From positions 1-14,254 of the forward strand of contig NW_021825948.1 of assembly GCF_006345805.1 (NCBI RefSeq): a DNA stretch of 14,254 bases, given 5' to 3'. This DNA comes from Octopus sinensis (lineage: Eukaryota). The notes below the pieces were generated by a model, which saw only the letters and a program-made list of their open reading frames with translations, was not told the origin of the DNA and ran no database searches. Positions 9,127 to 14,254 of this stretch are shown here, one piece after another. Positions within the stretch are counted from its first letter, which is position 1. Each line of letters starts with the position of its first letter. A program made the translations under genes and the position numbers.

Positions 9127-9290
9127 ATCGAAACATGAAGACACAAAGAGAAAACGCAAGAACGCGAGGACGTGGAACAAGTATAGTGTTATTGGACGCT
9201 TAGGAAAGGAAAGAGGGAGGATTTAACGTTTCGAGCAGAGCTCTTCGTCAGAAACATAGGAAAAGGAAAGATCCAGAGAACGGAAAACAG
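9124..9290 (-). mobile_element. Short non-autonomous hammerhead-bearing element, copy A (Penelope-like-derived)
   Basis: Homologous to 10690-10835 and 13990-14170: TTTCC...TTTCTG-N4-AGAGC..GCTCGAAA.GTTAAA...CCT(A/G)AG.GT...TAA, T-rich 3' end, then (TA)n. Confidence 0.75.
9221..9255 (-). ncRNA. Minimal type I hammerhead ribozyme motif (copy A)
   Basis: GTTT-CTGACGA-A-GAGC(TCT)GCTC-GAAAC-GTT-AAAT: stem I GUUU/AAAU, core CUGANGA and GAAA, stem II GAGC/GCUC, palindromic ACGU stem III, GUU cleavage triplet. Confidence 0.72.
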
Positions 9291-9291
9291 A

Positions 9292-9364
9292 GCGCAGTGG
9301 CTAAGAGCGCGGGCAACTAACCCCAAGATTCCGAGTTCAATTCCAGGCAGTGACCTGAATAATA

Positions 9365-9405
<41 letters not shown>

Positions 9406-9428
9406 TAATAATAATAATAATAATAATA
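9292..9428 (+). mobile_element. Very short tRNA-head SINE with (AAT)n tail
   Basis: CAGTGGCTAAGAG A-box-like, GAGTTCAATTCC B-box, then GGCAGTGACCTG and (AAT)n at 9358-9428. No acceptor stem. Confidence 0.7.
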
Positions 9429-9815
9429 GTGGTAAGTAGCTTGTTTACTAACCACATGGTTCCAGGTTCAGTCCCACTGCGTGGCACCTTGGGCAAGTGT
9501 CTTCCACTCTAACCTCGGGCCGGCCAAAGCCTTGTGAGTGGATTTGGTAGACGGAAACTGAAAGAAGCCCGTCGTATATATGTATATATATATGTATGTG
9601 CGTGTATGTTTGTGTGTCTGTGTTTGTCCCCTTAGCATTGCTTGACAACCGATGCTTGTGTTTTTATGTCCCCGTCACTTAGCAGTTCGGCAAAAGAGAC
9701 CGATAGAATAAGTACTGTGCTTACAAAAGAATAAGTCCCGGAGTCGAGTTGCTCGATTAAAGGCGGTGCTCCAGCATGGTTTTAGTCAAATGGCTGAAAC
9801 AAGTAAAAAGAGAGA
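9429..9815 (+). mobile_element. tRNA-derived SINE with internal TA/TG microsatellite, extreme 5' end truncated
   Basis: Aligns with 10505-10645, 11783-12037 and the reverse complements of 12161-12333 and 3467-3554. B-box-like GGTTCAGTCCC; ends GAAACAAGTAAAAAGAG. Confidence 0.92.
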
Positions 9816-9834
9816 AAAAAAGAGAAAAAGAGAA

Positions 9835-9866
9835 TAATAATAATGATAATATTGATAATTATGATG

Positions 9867-9925
<59 letters not shown>

Positions 9926-9955
9926 AAGAAGAAGAAGAAGAAGAAGAAGAAGAAG
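9835..9955. repeat. (AAT)n then (AAG)n microsatellite
   Basis: Directly visible. Confidence 0.97.
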
Positions 9956-10050
9956 ACACCTGATGAAGGCTGGAGGGTATATCACCCGAAACGTGTTAAC
10001 AACAAACAAGATGAGGACAAATATCCGTCAAATGTAAATAATATAAATGA
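9955..10050 (+). mobile_element. Penelope-like terminal fragment with defective hammerhead motif (copy D, different family)
   Basis: GACAC-CTGATGA-A-GGCTG(GAGGGTATAT)CACCC-GAAAC-GTGTT: core and stem I (GACAC/GTGTT) present, one stem II mismatch, NUH triplet missing. Confidence 0.6.
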
Positions 10051-10504
10051 TGTTATTAATTTCTCTTCAAGACTTTGGTGTGTAAAATATCCATAAAAAT
10101 CAGTCAATATTTTTCATAACATGCAACAGGTTCACCTTACACCGCATAGTAGTATTCACACGTTCGATTCTGCAGTGTTGGTTGGTGATGTTGTCTTCTA
10201 GATTTCTTACCCACCTGGGTTGATGTTATTCTACCCCCACATTAATTACAGGTACCTCTTGCCGTTCTTTTACTGTGACAGCAGCTCTATTCAATACGTG
10301 CCAACACAGCCGTTGTTAGTGCAAGACGTGTGATCGCAAATATTCACTGGTCTCCGATGGCATCGCCAATAACATTAAACGAAACCCGGTCACGCTTTGA
10401 GCAAACTTCCTCCGGTTCTTCTTTGGGCGTGTGTGTTTTATCTTATATCTTTCTATTGATCAGTATTACAGATATACATCGATATATTTCAATATTATAG
10501 ACAT

Positions 10505-10645
10505 AGGCGTAGAAGTGGCTGTGTGGTAAGTAGCTTGCTTACGAACCACATGGTTCCGGGTTCAGTCCCACTGCGTGTCACCTTGGGCCAGTGTCTTCTG
10601 CTATAGCCTCGGGCCGACCAAAGCCTTGTGAGTGGAGTTGGTAGA
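10505..10645 (+). mobile_element. 5' half of the SINE family of 9429-9815
   Basis: GGCGTAGAAGTGGCTGTGTGGTAAGTAGCTTGC...GGTTCAGTCCC...TTGGTAGA, then breaks into CA/TA repeat. Confidence 0.92.
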
Positions 10646-10689
10646 TACACATACACACATATATATATATACACACACACACATATATA

Positions 10690-10835
10690 TTTTTTTTTCC
10701 TTGTTTCTTTCTGTGTTCCTTTCTGTGGAAGAGCGTAGGCTCGAAATGTTAAAGACATTTTCAATTCCTGAGCGTTATACTAATACATCTGTTTGTTTTC
10801 TACATCACATGTCTTCGTCTTTTGTTTTTTTTCGT
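10690..10835 (+). mobile_element. Short hammerhead-bearing element, copy B
   Basis: Homologous to copies A and C; embedded between TA/CA microsatellites. Confidence 0.7.
10719..10754 (+). ncRNA. Variant minimal hammerhead motif (copy B), non-canonical core
   Basis: CTTT-CTGTGGA-A-GAGC(GTAG)GCTC-GAAAT-GTT-AAAG: stems I (CUUU/AAAG) and II intact, core reads CUGUGGA rather than CUGANGA. Confidence 0.5.
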
Positions 10836-10849
10836 GAATTCTCCCTATA

Positions 10850-11330
<481 letters not shown>

Positions 11331-11782
11331 GAGATATTGATAGTCACACATTTGTCCGAGAAAAAAGTCAACATTAAAAGCGATTTTTTAAAGCTAAAAT
11401 ATGCCGATGACTCTGGAAGCCATTAAGTTTTTATACAAAGTGTGAATGCAAGCATGAAGAATATAAGCAAAGTAATGGAACGTGATTATTTTATTTTCTG
11501 GCATATGTCTGGTCGTGTCTGGGAGCACACTTACTTCAAAACAGATAAATGGGTTTAGAATGCAATTTTTGAAATTTGAGTGTTTTGGTAATATGGAGAA
11601 TATGATATGCGCGTCCGAATGGTCGTCATTCAGACCACATCTGCTGCACATTCCAGAAACGCTTCCTGAATGGAATATTTATCCTCTTACGATGAATGGG
11701 AAAAATATATATATATATAAGTAATAATGATTAAACCAATCAAGGCATGCAAAACATAAACTGAAATATCAATATCAGCTTA

Positions 11783-12037
11783 GGCAGGAGTGGCTGTGTG
11801 GTAAGGAGCTTGCTTCCCTACCACATGGTTCCGGGTTCAGTCCCACGGCGTGGAACCTTGGGCAAGTGTCTTCTACTATAGCCTCAGGCCGACCAAAGCC
11901 TTGAAAGTGGATTTGGTAGACAGGAACTGAAAGAAGTCCGTCGTATATATATATATAATATACACATGTATGTATGTGTATATATATATGAATGTATATA
12001 TGTATATATTTGTGTATGTGTACCTGTGTTTGTCCCC
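11783..12037 (+). mobile_element. 5' two-thirds of the SINE family of 9429-9815
   Basis: GGCAGGAGTGGCTGTGTGGTAAG...GAAAGAAG.CCGTCGTATAT, internal microsatellite, ends CTGTGTTTGTCCCC. Confidence 0.92.
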
Positions 12038-12093
12038 ACATGTATACGTACATAGTACATATATGTAAACATATATATATATATATTATACTA

Positions 12094-12135
<42 letters not shown>

Positions 12136-12160
12136 GAAGAGATGCATGAGCCTATGTATA

Positions 12161-12333
12161 GACGAGGGGTTTTCAACAGAGTTTTCTTCTACCAAATTCG
12201 CTCACAAGGTTTTCATTAATCGACCCAGGGCTACAGCAGAAGACACTTCCCCAGAGTGCAGCGAGTGGCGCAGGGGTCTGAATCCGACACCACTTGGCGG
12301 CAAGGAGAGCTTCTTAAACACAGTCATACCTGC
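12161..12333 (-). mobile_element. Old diverged 5' half of the same SINE family, inverted relative to 11783-11945
   Basis: Reverse complement reads GCAGGTATGACTGTGTTTAAGAAGCT...GGATTCAGACCC...GAAGTGTCTTCTGCTGTAGCC...AACCTTGTGAGCGAATTTGGTAGA. Confidence 0.8.
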
Positions 12334-13139
12334 ACACACACACACACACATACACACACACATACAAACACACACACACACATACAAACACACCACACAC
12401 ACACATACAAATACACCACACATTGCTATTGTGTTAAACTGTTGTATGTCCAAATTTGGCCAAAGGTGTTATTTTCAACATGTACTTTGGCTTGCAATTT
12501 GTGGTTCTTTTGGTCAAACTATCGTATCTCCACCTTCTTCTGATGCCAAGGTATCAAAAATCGTCAAAGTGTAGTACAACGGTTTTACTATGGCATGGTA
12601 AAACTACTTTTTCGTTTTTTTTAAAATGCAACGTTTTGGACTTACGACACTTTTGCATATTAGCAACGATATGTGTGTATGTATGTGTGTGTATGTGTGT
12701 GTATGCGTGTGTGTGTGTACGTGTGATAACATAAACAGATACGTGATGCAAAATGTGATGGAAAACGAAAAGAAAAGGCAATCGAATGCCAAAGGTTGAA
12801 TAAAGTATGGAGTTTTATTAAAATTGAAATTAAATTCTCGAATTCAGCAAATTCGTGAGATATACAATACAATACGCAAAAATAGAATTTATATTAATTA
12901 AATGGTGGCAAACATCCATTACCTGCACATTGAAATAGTACTAATCATCTCCTATTAAAACTGAAACCCGTGTTTCGTATTATATTTTGACATATTTTGA
13001 TTCATACGACAGTATTGCTACTTTTTTTTTCACTGCATATACTATACATACATGCATACATACGTTTACGTACACACATACATAAATCTTACAGTTTTAA
13101 AATTGTTTTAGATTTAAAGCTGTGGTCATGCCGGGGCAC

Positions 13140-13170
<31 letters not shown>

Positions 13171-13189
13171 TACCCTTCGATCATTGGAC

Positions 13190-13655
13190 AATAAACTATG
13201 CCTGCGAAGACCTGCTGAAGCAAGAGAAATGACTGTCGTGGCCGATGACAGTACCACCACTGGCACCCGTGCCAGTGGAACGTTAAAAGCACCATTCGAG
13301 CGTGATCGTTGCCTCGGCCGCTGACTGGCTCCCGTGCCGTACCGGTAGTACTTAAAAAAAGCACAATTCGAGCGTGGTCGTTGCCAGTGCCGCTGGACTG
13401 GCTCCTGTGCAGGTGGCACGTAAAAAGCATCATTTGAACGTGGCCGATGCCAGTACCGCTTGACTGGCCCTAGTACCGGTGGTACGTAAAAGCACCCACT
13501 ACACTCTCGGAGTGGTTGGCGTTAGGAAGGGGAATTTAGCTGTAGAAACTTTGCCAGATCAGATTGGAGCCTGGTGCAGCCTCCTGGCTCGTCAGCCCTT
13601 AGTCAAACCGTCCGACCCATACCAGCATGGAAAGCAGATGTCACACGATGAGGAT
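13190..13655 (+). mobile_element. Interspersed repeat with an internal 4-unit ~64-72 bp tandem array and a LINE-like 3' tail
   Basis: Units start CGTG(G/A)(C/T)CG at 13237, 13301, 13373 and 13439, each ending in an A-run then GCA. The tail GGAGTGGTTGGCGTTAGGAAGGG...ACCCAT.CCAGCATGGAAAGC.GA.GT...ACGATGA resembles SINE/LINE tails I recall from octopus (not verified). Confidence 0.8.
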
Positions 13656-13659
13656 TGTT

Positions 13660-13845
13660 GATATTATATAAATATAAAATATATATTATATATGTTTACA
13701 TGCATGTACGTGTGTGTATATATATATATCTATATATATATATATTATATATACATATATAAATTAAAAATATATATATATATAGAGAGAGAGAGAGAGG
13801 CCACACATATATACATATGCATACATATATTGTATATATGTGTGT

Positions 13846-13889
<44 letters not shown>

Positions 13890-13985
13890 ATACATACATG
13901 CATATATGTATATATATATATGTGTGTGTGTATAAGTATATATATGGATACACACACACACACATATCTACCTATCTATCTATAT
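13660..13985. repeat. Compound TA/GA/GT/CA microsatellite
   Basis: Directly visible. Confidence 0.95.
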
Positions 13986-13989
13986 AATG

Positions 13990-14170
13990 TAACCGCATGT
14001 GAATCGTTGGCAGTTTTCTTCCTCCGTCTTCCCCTCTATTGAACTTTCCTCTGTTTCTGAAGAAGAGCGTCTGCTCGAAACGTTAAACCATCTTTCTTTC
14101 CTTCCCTGAGTGTCTGCTAATACTTACATGTAACCACTTCCCCGCGTTGCTGTTTTTTTTGTTTTTTTTT
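13990..14170 (+). mobile_element. Short hammerhead-bearing element, copy C
   Basis: Homologous to copies A and B; T-rich end followed by (TA)n. Confidence 0.75.
14053..14088 (+). ncRNA. Minimal type I hammerhead ribozyme motif (copy C), canonical core
   Basis: GTTT-CTGAAGA-A-GAGC(GTCT)GCTC-GAAAC-GTT-AAAC: perfect 4-bp stem I, 4-bp stem II, ACGU stem III; predicted cleavage 3' of 14084. Confidence 0.78.
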
Positions 14171-14173
14171 TGG

Positions 14174-14174
14174 C

Positions 14175-14250
<76 letters not shown>

Positions 14251-14251
14251 C
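14174..14251. repeat. (TA)n microsatellite
   Basis: Directly visible. Confidence 0.96.
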
Positions 14252-14254
14252 CTA

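Noticed and set aside
9292-9357. Possible tRNA gene
   Set aside because: A and B boxes are present but there is no acceptor stem, and an (AAT)n tail follows; better explained as a SINE head. The same holds for 341-420 and 8346-8420.
10100-10430. Unique CpG-containing stretch with splice-like signals on both strands
   Set aside because: All frames close quickly and no consistent acceptor-donor pair or motif was found; cannot assign.
13237-13496. CRISPR-like repeat-spacer array
   Set aside because: Units are wholly homologous with no unique spacers, the context is eukaryotic, and there are no cas genes.

Overview
AT-rich, repeat-saturated eukaryotic non-coding DNA, probably intronic or intergenic. 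The microsatellite load and tRNA-derived SINE families resemble an Octopus (coleoid cephalopod) genome; this is inferred from recalled repeat families, not from a search. Nearly all ORFs in the supplied track are microsatellite artefacts. Supported content: about a dozen SINE copies or fragments from at least 4-5 families; a degenerate RTE-clade LINE reverse-transcriptase 3' fragment (minus, ~1820-2185); a ~250 bp inverted repeat (918-1176 / 2681-2915) bracketing that LINE relic and a 184-bp-period SINE array; two local tandem duplications; and weak minus-strand exon candidates. The most interesting signal is a family of short (~150-180 bp) ORF-less interspersed elements. Each carries a minimal type I hammerhead-ribozyme motif of the kind associated with Penelope-like elements (9221-9255 minus, 10719-10754 plus, 14053-14088 plus), with base-pair covariation between copies. 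A fourth, unrelated and defective hammerhead motif lies at 9955-9997.
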